Notes under the pieces: generated by a model | Databases searched by the model: none | What the model was told of the DNA's origin: nothing | What the model saw: only the letters and a program-made list of their open reading frames with translations | Position numbers and translations under genes: made by a program | Part shown: piece by piece, positions 1 to 8,461 of the stretch | Numbering within the stretch: the first letter of the stretch is position 1 | Layout of the letters: every line of letters starts with the position of its first letter | Source of the DNA: Patescibacteria group bacterium | GTDB taxonomy: Bacteria > Patescibacteriota > WWE3 > JAMCXX01 > JBBTUG01 | Length of the DNA stretch: 58,058 nt | Assembly: GCA_038063895.1 (NCBI GenBank) | Contig: JBBTUG010000004.1 | Span: 1 to 58,058, forward strand | Direction of reading: 5' to 3'

Positions 1-29
1 GAGCGGTTGGTATAAGATAAGATTAACGG

Positions 30-1601
30 ATGGGAATACGGGTTACATTACTGCCGCCTACGCTAAGAAACTCTAGTTTTCTTCTAATTTTTTTATTTTT
101 AGTATTTGTTTCCGCCGAAAAAGTTTCGGCTTTGGATTTCACTAGTTTACCGACGGACACTGTTTATTCCAGCCAGCAAGTCCGGACCGTTGATCTCGTT
201 CCGGCCCGAAATTCCTGCTTTACCAATAACACTAGTCCTGCCTCCAGCCGGAGTCGGGCTCTATATATTTCCAAGGCCAAGCTTCATAAAGACCCTTACT
301 ACGACGACTGGGGAACGGAAAAATATAAGTGGACTGCAGTAGGGCTTTATTTTGATTACCTGCCGGGCTTTGACTTTTCTTCGGTCAGATTATCGCTCTA
401 TCCGGCCATCAATCTTTATTTGGCGGAGTTCAGTAAGCCTCTCGTAAGCGACGTTACGGCGGATGCCGCCCGGACCCAAACAGTCAGCGTTGACGGGGAG
501 CCTAAGGCTTTACAGCTAATCTTTCCTTTTTACCGGGAATTTGATTTAGGCGGTGCGCCCTTTCAATTTAGCGAAGGTTTTTCTCCACAACCGGCGAACG
601 GAGTCGTTCTCACGATCAGCTGTTTTGGCAGTGAGAATCAGGCAGCCTCTTTTTGGGAGAGAGGTAGTGGTTCCGAAGGCATAGGACATTATAATTATTT
701 TGATCCCCTGACTAAAACGGTTCTCAACGTGAATCCTTACGACGCCAGAATCGCTTTCACTTTTTTCAGCGGCCACCCGACGGCCCCGTCTTATCCTCCG
801 GTTCTGTTTCTCCGTGAGGCCGGGAAAACCGCCGTTGTTTGGGATGAGCTGGTTGCGAAACTCGGTTATTCGCGGACTGACTATGTGGACCGGTTTGAGG
901 ATTTTGATGATAACTCAACTCTTACTACCCTATCCCAAAAACTGAAAACAAAGGTTTTATCGCTGGCGCAAAAAAATCTATCCGATTGGGGAGAGGGGAA
1001 AGTTGATTTGGTCGGATACGGTTTGGGAGGACTGGTTGCCGAGCGCTACCTTTTAGACAATCCGGCTGATCATCACGTCCGTCGACTGGTCACTATAGGA
1101 ACCCCCTTCAAGGGGACGGGTCGGATGGATTTTGCCGCTTTTACCCTCTCAAACAGCCCTTTGGGTAAATGGCTGGCGCAAAAATACCCTCAAGGTTGGC
1201 AGGACATCGTTTCTCCGTCATTTAATGCCATACATGCCGCCACTAAATCTCTGGCCGACGGCTTTCCGGATAAAACTCCGCCAAGTGATGTAGCTTACTA
1301 CGCACTCGCCGGTAATATCGAGGCCACTTACCAACAACCGCTATTTCATTTCCAAATTAATAAGCGCGAAGACTTAGGGGATCTCCTTATTCCCTTCGAC
1401 AGTCCCAGTCCCGGCTGGATACAAAGCGACAACTTTTATTCCTTTCCCCAGCCGGTTAAGTTCACGGGAAGTGTCGTGCAATCCTCTTCTTCGGTTTCCC
1501 TTCCTTTCAATACCGAAACGGATATTTCTCCTTCTCTGCACGGAAATCTTACCCAGAACCCGCAAATAATAAGTAGAATTAAAGAACTCCTTACTAAATA
1601 A
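30..1601 (+). CDS. Secreted alpha/beta-hydrolase (lipase/PGAP1-like) paralogue with degenerate active site
   Basis: There is an N-terminal hydrophobic signal/anchor (SSFLLIFLFLVFVSA). The C-terminal half aligns with ORF 1609-3291 (GKVDLVGYGLGGLVAERYL..LVTIGTPFKG vs GKVDLLGFSLGGVVARQYL..LITIGSPHQG). The nucleophile elbow reads G-Y-G-L-G (Ser replaced by Gly), and the HG oxyanion motif (LIHGLGG in the paralogue) is missing. Confidence 0.55.
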   Translation: MGIRVTLLPPTLRNSSFLLIFLFLVFVSAEKVSALDFTSLPTDTVYSSQQVRTVDLVPARNSCFTNNTSPASSRSRALYISKAKLHKDPYYDDWGTEKYKWTAVGLYFDYLPGFDFSSVRLSLYPAINLYLAEFSKPLVSDVTADAARTQTVSVDGEPKALQLIFPFYREFDLGGAPFQFSEGFSPQPANGVVLTISCFGSENQAASFWERGSGSEGIGHYNYFDPLTKTVLNVNPYDARIAFTFFSGHPTAPSYPPVLFLREAGKTAVVWDELVAKLGYSRTDYVDRFEDFDDNSTLTTLSQKLKTKVLSLAQKNLSDWGEGKVDLVGYGLGGLVAERYLLDNPADHHVRRLVTIGTPFKGTGRMDFAAFTLSNSPLGKWLAQKYPQGWQDIVSPSFNAIHAATKSLADGFPDKTPPSDVAYYALAGNIEATYQQPLFHFQINKREDLGDLLIPFDSPSPGWIQSDNFYSFPQPVKFTGSVVQSSSSVSLPFNTETDISPSLHGNLTQNPQIISRIKELLTK

Positions 1602-1608
1602 AATAAGA

Positions 1609-3291
1609 ATGCATCTAATTAAGTCTGGAAATAATATATTTGTTGTCCTCTCCCTTATCCTAATTACCCAAGTCTCCGGTCTGTTTATCCATCACCCATT
1701 CCCTATAATCCAACCAGCCCTTGCCGACACTCTCTCCGCCGCCGCTCCGGCGGGTCAGTCCGTCCTGGCCGCCCAAACAGATGTAGATACATCCGGCGCC
1801 TGTTACTCCAACTTCGGCCGGTCCTTCCTCCTCAATTGGCCATATGCTCTTGATTCCACCGCTGATTCCGTTCCTCTGTCCGGAATAGCCATCTATGTCG
1901 TCACCCGGGTAATGGCCGGCGGTCCCCTTGACCTTTCTAACTTTAGACTTGATCTAAGGCGGGGTCTGGAGCCCAGTCTGTCCGACCCCAGTCGGATTAT
2001 CTTCTCCTCCCTTGCCCCCTCCGGCTCAACTGTGGTCTATGAGTATGAGCAGGGAGTCAACAGTCTCCATACCTCCCTCCTCTACTTCACCTTCCCTTCC
2101 CCAATCTCTCTAAAGCGACCTGCCTACGGAAGAACCGCGGAAGACCGGTTCTACACTGGCTACCTCTCCTGCACCAACCCCTTCACCAACCCACCCCGTT
2201 ACCTCCTTCGGGAGACCGGAACTTACTGGGCGGGACTCTCCCGAATCTACCACAGTGATAGTAACGCCTATGGCTCGCCCACCTACACCGCTCTCAACCT
2301 CCTCTTTCTTACCCCCTCCACCACTTCTTCTTCCTCTCCCCAACAATGGAACAATGAAACCATGAAACAAGCTGTTCCCATCCTCCGTCCTCTAATCTTG
2401 ATCCACGGCCTGGGAGGTAAGCCGGACGACTGGATTAACGGCAGAACTAACTATCAAACCTACCTAAGAAGCCTAGGTTATCCCGACTCCTACCTCCACT
2501 ACTACTCCTATGGCTACAAGAATGGAGCCTACAACTACCAGGGGGACATCAAGGAGATAGCCTTGGGGTTAGAAGAGGCGGTTAATCGTCTGTCTAACCT
2601 ACATAAGAGTGAGGGAGGGGACGGGAAGGTCGATCTTCTCGGTTTCTCCCTTGGGGGTGTCGTGGCCCGCCAGTACCTCTCCACCCACCTGACCTCCCAC
2701 AAAGTCCATAAACTCATCACTATTGGCTCTCCACATCAGGGGGTGTGGGTTTTGTCGGCGGATCAGGCTGTAAAAGATATTCCTTTTGTTGGTCAGAAAA
2801 TAGAAAATGATTTAGCCACGCAAATAGTTAGATTAGTCAATAAAGATAAAATACAAAAACTAGATATTACTAGTGCAGCAGTCAAGCAAATCTATCCCGG
2901 TTCAGACTTTCTGAGTGGTTACTACGGAATTAATAAACGAGTACCACAAGATGTCGAATACGCGACGTTTTACGGAGATATTCATGCAGAAGTTAGACGA
3001 AAACTGTTTGATAGTCAGTTGTCCAAAAAAGTGAGTATCGGTGACGGCTTGATTATGCCAGAAAGTGCGTCGGGTGTACCTGGTGTAAGTCCTAGCAAAT
3101 ATGCATATAGCGAAAATACTGTCTTAGATCTAAAATTAGAAAAGACGGGAACGGGTTACGCTTTTGGTTTAGATCTGCCGAGCTTAGAATCGTTAAAGGC
3201 ATTCCATACTTATTTACTTGACCGGGGCGACCTTCGTAAAGATCTGGCTTGTTCCGCATTAGGGAAGAACGATGCATCTCTTTGCAAATAA
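1609..3291 (+). CDS. Secreted alpha/beta-hydrolase, lipase/esterase-like (intact GxSxG)
   Basis: N-terminal TM/signal segment. Motifs are LILIHGLGGKPDDW (oxyanion HG) and VDLLGFSLGG (GxSxG nucleophile elbow). It is a tandem paralogue of the upstream ORF. Confidence 0.65.
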   Translation: MHLIKSGNNIFVVLSLILITQVSGLFIHHPFPIIQPALADTLSAAAPAGQSVLAAQTDVDTSGACYSNFGRSFLLNWPYALDSTADSVPLSGIAIYVVTRVMAGGPLDLSNFRLDLRRGLEPSLSDPSRIIFSSLAPSGSTVVYEYEQGVNSLHTSLLYFTFPSPISLKRPAYGRTAEDRFYTGYLSCTNPFTNPPRYLLRETGTYWAGLSRIYHSDSNAYGSPTYTALNLLFLTPSTTSSSSPQQWNNETMKQAVPILRPLILIHGLGGKPDDWINGRTNYQTYLRSLGYPDSYLHYYSYGYKNGAYNYQGDIKEIALGLEEAVNRLSNLHKSEGGDGKVDLLGFSLGGVVARQYLSTHLTSHKVHKLITIGSPHQGVWVLSADQAVKDIPFVGQKIENDLATQIVRLVNKDKIQKLDITSAAVKQIYPGSDFLSGYYGINKRVPQDVEYATFYGDIHAEVRRKLFDSQLSKKVSIGDGLIMPESASGVPGVSPSKYAYSENTVLDLKLEKTGTGYAFGLDLPSLESLKAFHTYLLDRGDLRKDLACSALGKNDASLCK

Positions 3292-3616
3292 ACAAAAACT
3301 AATATTAACTGTTGTTTCCGCCGTATTATTCTGGACACTATCAAACATTGGTTATAAGGTTGGGGTAGATTTTGGACTTACACAAATGTACCACAATTTC
3401 GGTGAACCTCGAGATCTATATCCGGTGCTATTTTCATTGGTAATGGTGTTCACAGGATATTTTATTGGATTCCTAGGAATAATAATTACTTGCATCCTCA
3501 TGCACCAGATCGGACGGAGGACGAAGGTGGCGGTGGGGAAGCCGACTTTCTACGGATTTCTCCTTTATCTCCTAACTCTCCTTATCATAATCCTCAACTT
3601 CAACCGCACTCACTAA
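3272..3616 (+). CDS. Small integral membrane protein (hypothetical)
   Basis: 114-aa ORF with 3-4 hydrophobic helices. It overlaps the 3' end of the hydrolase gene by 20 nt. No recognisable family. Confidence 0.35.
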   Translation: MHLFANKQKLILTVVSAVLFWTLSNIGYKVGVDFGLTQMYHNFGEPRDLYPVLFSLVMVFTGYFIGFLGIIITCILMHQIGRRTKVAVGKPTFYGFLLYLLTLLIIILNFNRTH

Positions 3617-3726
3617 AACATCCCTCTAACTACTGACTAAAAATTGAAATTGCTTGTAGACAATTGGCATCCGATCGAACAGCAATAGTCTATTTCGGAA
3701 ATAGGGTTGGTTTTTAACTTTCTTCG

Positions 3727-3770
3727 CACTGAAATCTAATCAAGCTATAGCAGGGTGTAGTTTCAGTTAC
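3727..3770 (+). repeat. Copy A of a 44-nt hairpin repeat family (cactgaaat..aaGCTATAGCagg..gtagtttcagtta)
   Basis: About 36/44 identical (hand alignment) to 57944-57987. ACTGAAA/TTTCAGT arms enclose a perfect GCTATAGC palindrome. It lies between convergent genes and is followed by ctttttattt. Confidence 0.7.
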
Positions 3771-3773
3771 TTT

Positions 3774-4412
3774 TTATTTCTTAGTTAGTGTTTCTTTGAG
3801 GGAAAGCGCTTCCGGATAATCGGGTTTTAGCCGTAACGCCTCATCCACTAATTTTATAGCCTGATCCCCCTTTCCGTATCCGGCGAAGACCAAGGCAGTG
3901 CTATAGCGGACATGGGCTTCCGTCGGTGAAAGTACCAGCAATGTTTGGCCAAGGCTTTTGGTAATTTCTTCAAACGCGGGATAATAAAGGGAGAGAGAAT
4001 AGTAGGTTTTCAATAAAGCTTTAAGAGTTAAAGAGTTCCGCGGGTTAAGTTCAATTGCTCTGCCCGCCTCCCGTCCGGCGTTGCGCGCCAGAGTTTGGGA
4101 TTGTTTAATCATCTCGGGATCTTCCTTCACCGCCAAACTTTTAATGGACAGGTCGGCTAAAAGGGCGGCGTATTCACGGTGGTAAAGAGGTTCGAAGGGA
4201 TTAAGGCGGGTTGCCCAGAAAAGCTCCCGTTCCGCCGCCTGATAGTCGCCGATGCGCCGGTCGGCTAGAGCGCGGGTAAGAAAAACATCCGCCAGGAACA
4301 TACTTAAAAAGGCGGTAAAAACAGACACTGCGAGAGTGGGCACTAAAACTCGAAGGAACCGGCTTTGGCGGTCCGATAATTTAACTTCCCAAGTTTCACG
4401 GTTGGTTTTCAT
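3774..4412 (-). CDS. TPR-repeat protein with N-terminal membrane anchor
   Basis: TM segment (VLVPTLAVSVFTAFLSMFLADVFL) followed by TPR-like repeats (..AIELNPRNSLTL.., ..ALRLKPDYPEAL..). It overlaps the upstream O-antigen-ligase-like gene by 17 nt. Confidence 0.6.
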   Translation of the reverse strand: MKTNRETWEVKLSDRQSRFLRVLVPTLAVSVFTAFLSMFLADVFLTRALADRRIGDYQAAERELFWATRLNPFEPLYHREYAALLADLSIKSLAVKEDPEMIKQSQTLARNAGREAGRAIELNPRNSLTLKALLKTYYSLSLYYPAFEEITKSLGQTLLVLSPTEAHVRYSTALVFAGYGKGDQAIKLVDEALRLKPDYPEALSLKETLTKK

Positions 4413-5757
4413 TTTTAGATTCTATTAAATTGCCGCACGCAGTAGTTAGGACCGGAAACAGCCAGAAGAGAAGGGAGGTCGGGACCACCGACCAGCCGAA
4501 GAAGTTAGTCACCAAAAGTCCCACCCACCCGCTGAAAAAAGAGGCTTGAATGGTTCTAGTTCTCGCGTTTTTAGAAAGACTTTTGGTAAAAGATAAGGCG
4601 AAGGCGCCCGTTAAGATTAGGTAGGCCAGCAGGCCGGCTGTTCCCCGGTCAACCCAAATGTCGATATAGTCGTTGTGAGCTTTATTGTAGAGAAAGTCCC
4701 ACTCCGAGGTCTGATTCAGTTGGGCCGGACGGTAGGGTAAGAACGCGTAGGCAAAAGTTTCCGGACCTGTTCCGATAGCAAGCGCTTTTGGGTTTTGGCG
4801 TAAAAGCTCCAGGGCCCCCCGCCAGACGATAACCCGTATTTTCATTGTGTCACCTTCGTATTCAACCGGCCTTGCCTCCGCCGCATAAACGGCGAAAGCG
4901 GCCGCGTGGAGTTGTTTAAAGAGGCTATTCAGCCGGGCGGAAAAAATTCCCGGTTGGCTAACGGCAATAAGGGCGCAAACAGACATGGCTACGAATAACA
5001 GGATCAGAGAACGCCGGCTTAGCTTCCGGCAGCCGACGAGAAAAAAAATACTCAGGGCGGCCGCCATTCCGATCAGCCCGGAAAGAGAATAGGTAAACCA
5101 GAAACCCGAAAAGATTACGATTACGGTGATCATTCTTACCCCTGCCTCCCACCGATTAAGTGGCTTGATCACCAGCAGAGCCAGGCTTAAGGGAAAGATC
5201 ATTGTTAAAAAGGCGGCTAGCCAGTTTGGTTGGCCTAAAGAGCTGAAGACGCGGGCGGAACTATCCTGCACCCACTGACCCTTTTGGTAACCGAAATGCT
5301 GGGCGACGGCAAAGAGAGCGACTAGAAAGGCCGACAAAATTAAAGAATTTACCAGCCCCTTAATTAAATTCGGGTTTTCTTTTAGGCAAGTGGCGAGAAT
5401 ATAGGTAAGTGCCACGAAGCCTACGACTGAAAGAAGTCCGCCGTTAAAGCGGGAGTAATAACCGAAGATAGAGGTGTACCAGTCGACGGAAAACAAAGTG
5501 GAGATAAAATAGGAAATTAGAAAGATAATTATCGGAAGGTCCAGCTTGGTTCTGGCAATTTCAATTTTCCGACTCTTCGCGCTCCGGAAAAGAAACATGG
5601 CGGTGGCAGCGGTGGCGGCGAAATACACCAAATACATTTTGGGAAATTCGAACAACTCGTGCGTTTGGGCGGTGTAAAACAGGGGCGTGAGAAAGATTAG
5701 AATCAGAAGAAGAGCTTCGAGCCCGTGGGCTTTGGTTGACGCTAATTTTACCGGCAT
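4396..5757 (-). CDS. O-antigen ligase / Wzy_C-family polytopic membrane protein
   Basis: About 10-12 hydrophobic helices, with a periplasmic loop followed by NKAHNDYIDIWVDRGTAGLLAYL, which is typical of O-antigen ligase-like proteins. Confidence 0.65.
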   Translation of the reverse strand: MPVKLASTKAHGLEALLLILIFLTPLFYTAQTHELFEFPKMYLVYFAATAATAMFLFRSAKSRKIEIARTKLDLPIIIFLISYFISTLFSVDWYTSIFGYYSRFNGGLLSVVGFVALTYILATCLKENPNLIKGLVNSLILSAFLVALFAVAQHFGYQKGQWVQDSSARVFSSLGQPNWLAAFLTMIFPLSLALLVIKPLNRWEAGVRMITVIVIFSGFWFTYSLSGLIGMAAALSIFFLVGCRKLSRRSLILLFVAMSVCALIAVSQPGIFSARLNSLFKQLHAAAFAVYAAEARPVEYEGDTMKIRVIVWRGALELLRQNPKALAIGTGPETFAYAFLPYRPAQLNQTSEWDFLYNKAHNDYIDIWVDRGTAGLLAYLILTGAFALSFTKSLSKNARTRTIQASFFSGWVGLLVTNFFGWSVVPTSLLFWLFPVLTTACGNLIESKNENQP

Positions 5758-5798
5758 GGTAATCTATATTCGTCGTAAACATTGGATAAAGTCAAGCT

Positions 5799-6347
5799 AT
5801 GAGAACCAACCTGCCGCGGCTGTTGTTCCGCCAAACGATCTATCCGGTTTTATTCATCCTAACCGTTAAGTTTGCCAGTGTCTTTTTTCTCGTTAGAGCC
5901 TTTAATTTTGAATATCAATTGACCGGCGCCGGGATCCTTTTCTCCTCTTTCGGAGATTTCCTGAAGATCAACACTTATTCCTCATTACTGATGCTGGGGG
6001 CGGTCTTCTTAGGCCTTGCTTGGGCAATTTTCCAGGCCCATTATCTTCACGCCACCCACCTTTCCCCCGATCTTTCCCGCCGCCTGGCTGGTCTTGGGGT
6101 CACTTCTTTGATTAAGTCTTCGGTTTATCCCCAGGCCTCGCCGTGGCTTGGCTTGGCCTGGCTGTCCGCCGGCTATTTTTTTCTGGAAAACTATCTCGGT
6201 CTGACGGCTGCCTGGCTGTTGTGGCTTGCCTTGCCGGGTTGCCTGGTGTCAACGTGGCTGTTGCTTTGGGATGCTGAAAGAGAGATTAATGTGACGGTCG
6301 AGGAAACAGTGGAAATTAGAATTGAGGCAACCAATGAAGCCATTTAA
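5799..6347 (+). CDS. Integral membrane protein (hypothetical)
   Basis: 182-aa ORF with several hydrophobic helices. No family recognised. Confidence 0.35.
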   Translation: MRTNLPRLLFRQTIYPVLFILTVKFASVFFLVRAFNFEYQLTGAGILFSSFGDFLKINTYSSLLMLGAVFLGLAWAIFQAHYLHATHLSPDLSRRLAGLGVTSLIKSSVYPQASPWLGLAWLSAGYFFLENYLGLTAAWLLWLALPGCLVSTWLLLWDAEREINVTVEETVEIRIEATNEAI

Positions 6348-6828
6348 ATATTTTTCCCATTTTGGCTACCTGATCCTGACGGCGGCATTTTTGCTGACGC
6401 CTTTTTTGGCCATTCACAACCTGTTGGGTTTTTCCGGAGAAAAAGATTTGCCCACCGGAGCAGTTCTTTCGGCTGAAAGTACGGCTTTTAACCGCTACCT
6501 GCGTTATTTGAACAGTCAGCCGAGGACCGGATCGCGGGAGACCGTTTCGGTCTATGTTTTTCCGGGACAGACAACTTCCTACCGGAATATCTATCAGGTG
6601 AAAAATACAAAGTCCGGTCCTATGCAGTTACGGTTGACCGACGTACGGATTAACTCTTTGGCGGAACCGGATATTAACGCCGTATTCTATTTTGCCGATA
6701 AGCCGGTAACCGGTCCGGTGACTTTATCCGCCGGAGAGCGCCTGCCGGTCAGTTTGCAAGTCACCGCCTCTGTCGCGCTTAAGGAACCGTCCCCGGTGGA
6801 GATCTCCTTTACCCTGGAAATGGAATGA
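6322..6828 (+). CDS. Membrane-anchored/secreted hypothetical protein
   Basis: N-terminal TM helix followed by a beta-rich soluble part. It overlaps its neighbours on both sides, consistent with operon coupling. Confidence 0.35.
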   Translation: MRQPMKPFKYFSHFGYLILTAAFLLTPFLAIHNLLGFSGEKDLPTGAVLSAESTAFNRYLRYLNSQPRTGSRETVSVYVFPGQTTSYRNIYQVKNTKSGPMQLRLTDVRINSLAEPDINAVFYFADKPVTGPVTLSAGERLPVSLQVTASVALKEPSPVEISFTLEME

Positions 6829-7406
6829 CACCCCTTTTGGCGAAAGTTATTTCCCGGCTGTTTGACCTGTACACCTGGTCGGTTGTTATCAACGTTTTGG
6901 CTCTGACCCGGACCGACCTCTCCCGTCCGCAATTTATTTTCTTGGGGCTGTCTTTGTTCCTGCTGGAAGTTATCTTTCCAGTCGCCTTATTTATTATTTT
7001 TCTGAAAAAGAAGCTGATTACCGATATTGATCTTACCCAGCGGCGCGAACGGCCTCTGTATTTTTCCTGTCTTTTTCTTCTAGCAGCTTTAGGCAGTTTG
7101 TTGGGATACGTCGTCGGAACAAGACCGTTTTTTCTTATTCAGCTGGTGGAGTTGTTTCTGATCGGGGGGATGACTCTTATTACTTTATTCTGGAAAATTA
7201 GCGGACACATGATGATTAACGCGGCGGGAATCTTCTTCCTCAACTACTTCTTCGGGTGGCAATACTGGTGGTTGTTTTTCCTGCTTCTGCCCGTCGGCTG
7301 GTCGCGGTGGTACCTGCACAAGCACGACCTTTGGCAGCTACTGGCCGGGGCGCTTTTGGGACTCTCAATTCCGACAGTAGTTCTCAAGGTTTTCGGTTTA
7401 TTCTAG
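6825..7406 (+). CDS. PAP2-like membrane phosphatase (tentative)
   Basis: Polytopic membrane protein. The C-terminal SRWYLHKHDLWQLLAGALLG resembles PAP2 motif C3 (SRxxxxxHxxxD), but imperfectly. Confidence 0.4.
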   Translation: MTPLLAKVISRLFDLYTWSVVINVLALTRTDLSRPQFIFLGLSLFLLEVIFPVALFIIFLKKKLITDIDLTQRRERPLYFSCLFLLAALGSLLGYVVGTRPFFLIQLVELFLIGGMTLITLFWKISGHMMINAAGIFFLNYFFGWQYWWLFFLLLPVGWSRWYLHKHDLWQLLAGALLGLSIPTVVLKVFGLF

Positions 7407-7506
7407 TTACCGGAATGCCGTTTATCAAACTAGCTGCATCACAATTCCTACGCGACCGCTGATGATTTGTGATGTGGAGAAAACGACATCCGTTATTCCT
7501 TTGCCG

Positions 7507-8430
7507 CTAGTCACCGAGTCCATAAATAATCGTCAGAACGGCGAAACCCCAAAGTGCGACGCTGACTAAAAGCGGCTTATCGGAAAAAATAACTCTCTCC
7601 GGCGATTCGCCTTCTTTCTTTTCGTAAATGATGTAGAGATAACGGGCAACGCTATAAATCGCTAACAGGATAGTCAACATCATCCACTTCGGCCGGGCCA
7701 GGCTGGGGGGCAGAATCGTCGCGAGAAAGGGCACATAAGCTTTGGAAGAGACCTGGAAGGTAAAAAGAGCATAAGTAATAATGGCAAAAGACGCGGACAT
7801 CGAGATCATTGAATCGAGCAGCGTATCCGGATAATGTTTTAAAGTTTCCCGGGTCTCATTCGGTAAGTGATAAGCCGCCAAAAGCGTCCGCTCACTCCGC
7901 CGTTTACCAAAAGCCAGAAGCAGGGAAACGCCGATGGTCGTCAAAACCAGCCAGGAGGAGAGGGAGACATGAATTGCCAGAGAACCGGCATAAAAGCGGA
8001 GGATAAATGCGGTGGCGACGGTTAACGCATCCACGATAATCATCCGCTTGAGAAAAAAGCTGTAGCTGATTTCCAGGATCACAAAAGTCAGGCTGATGAT
8101 GAAAAAATAGCGGTCGAGTGAAAAAGACCAAGACAGCCCCAGCACTAAAAGAATTAGGGCGGTGAGGCGGGCCGTATTTACACCGACTTTCCCGGCCGCC
8201 AGCGGGCGCATTTTTTTGAACGGGTGGAGGCGGTCCTTGTTAATATCAACCAGATCATTGATCAGGTACATCGAGGAGGATAAACAGCAGAATATTATAA
8301 AAGCCTTGGTGGCCTGGGTAAATTGCTGGTAATCGAAAAGCGATCCCCAAAAAAAGAGGGCGCCGTAGAGGCTGACATTCTTTAACCACTGACGAGGCCG
8401 AAGGGCTTTAAACAGATAAAAGAGTGTCAC
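7507..8430 (-). CDS. UbiA-family prenyltransferase, decaprenyl-phosphate phosphoribosyltransferase-like
   Basis: The N-terminus ALRPRQWLKNVSLYGALFF and the aspartate-rich motif NDLVDINKDRLHPFKKMRPLAAG are characteristic of the polyprenyl-phosphate 5-phosphoribosyltransferase branch of UbiA. About 8 TM helices. Confidence 0.75.
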   Translation of the reverse strand: MTLFYLFKALRPRQWLKNVSLYGALFFWGSLFDYQQFTQATKAFIIFCCLSSSMYLINDLVDINKDRLHPFKKMRPLAAGKVGVNTARLTALILLVLGLSWSFSLDRYFFIISLTFVILEISYSFFLKRMIIVDALTVATAFILRFYAGSLAIHVSLSSWLVLTTIGVSLLLAFGKRRSERTLLAAYHLPNETRETLKHYPDTLLDSMISMSASFAIITYALFTFQVSSKAYVPFLATILPPSLARPKWMMLTILLAIYSVARYLYIIYEKKEGESPERVIFSDKPLLVSVALWGFAVLTIIYGLGD

Positions 8431-8461
8431 AAATGTATTTTAGCAGAAAACGCCGTTCCGT

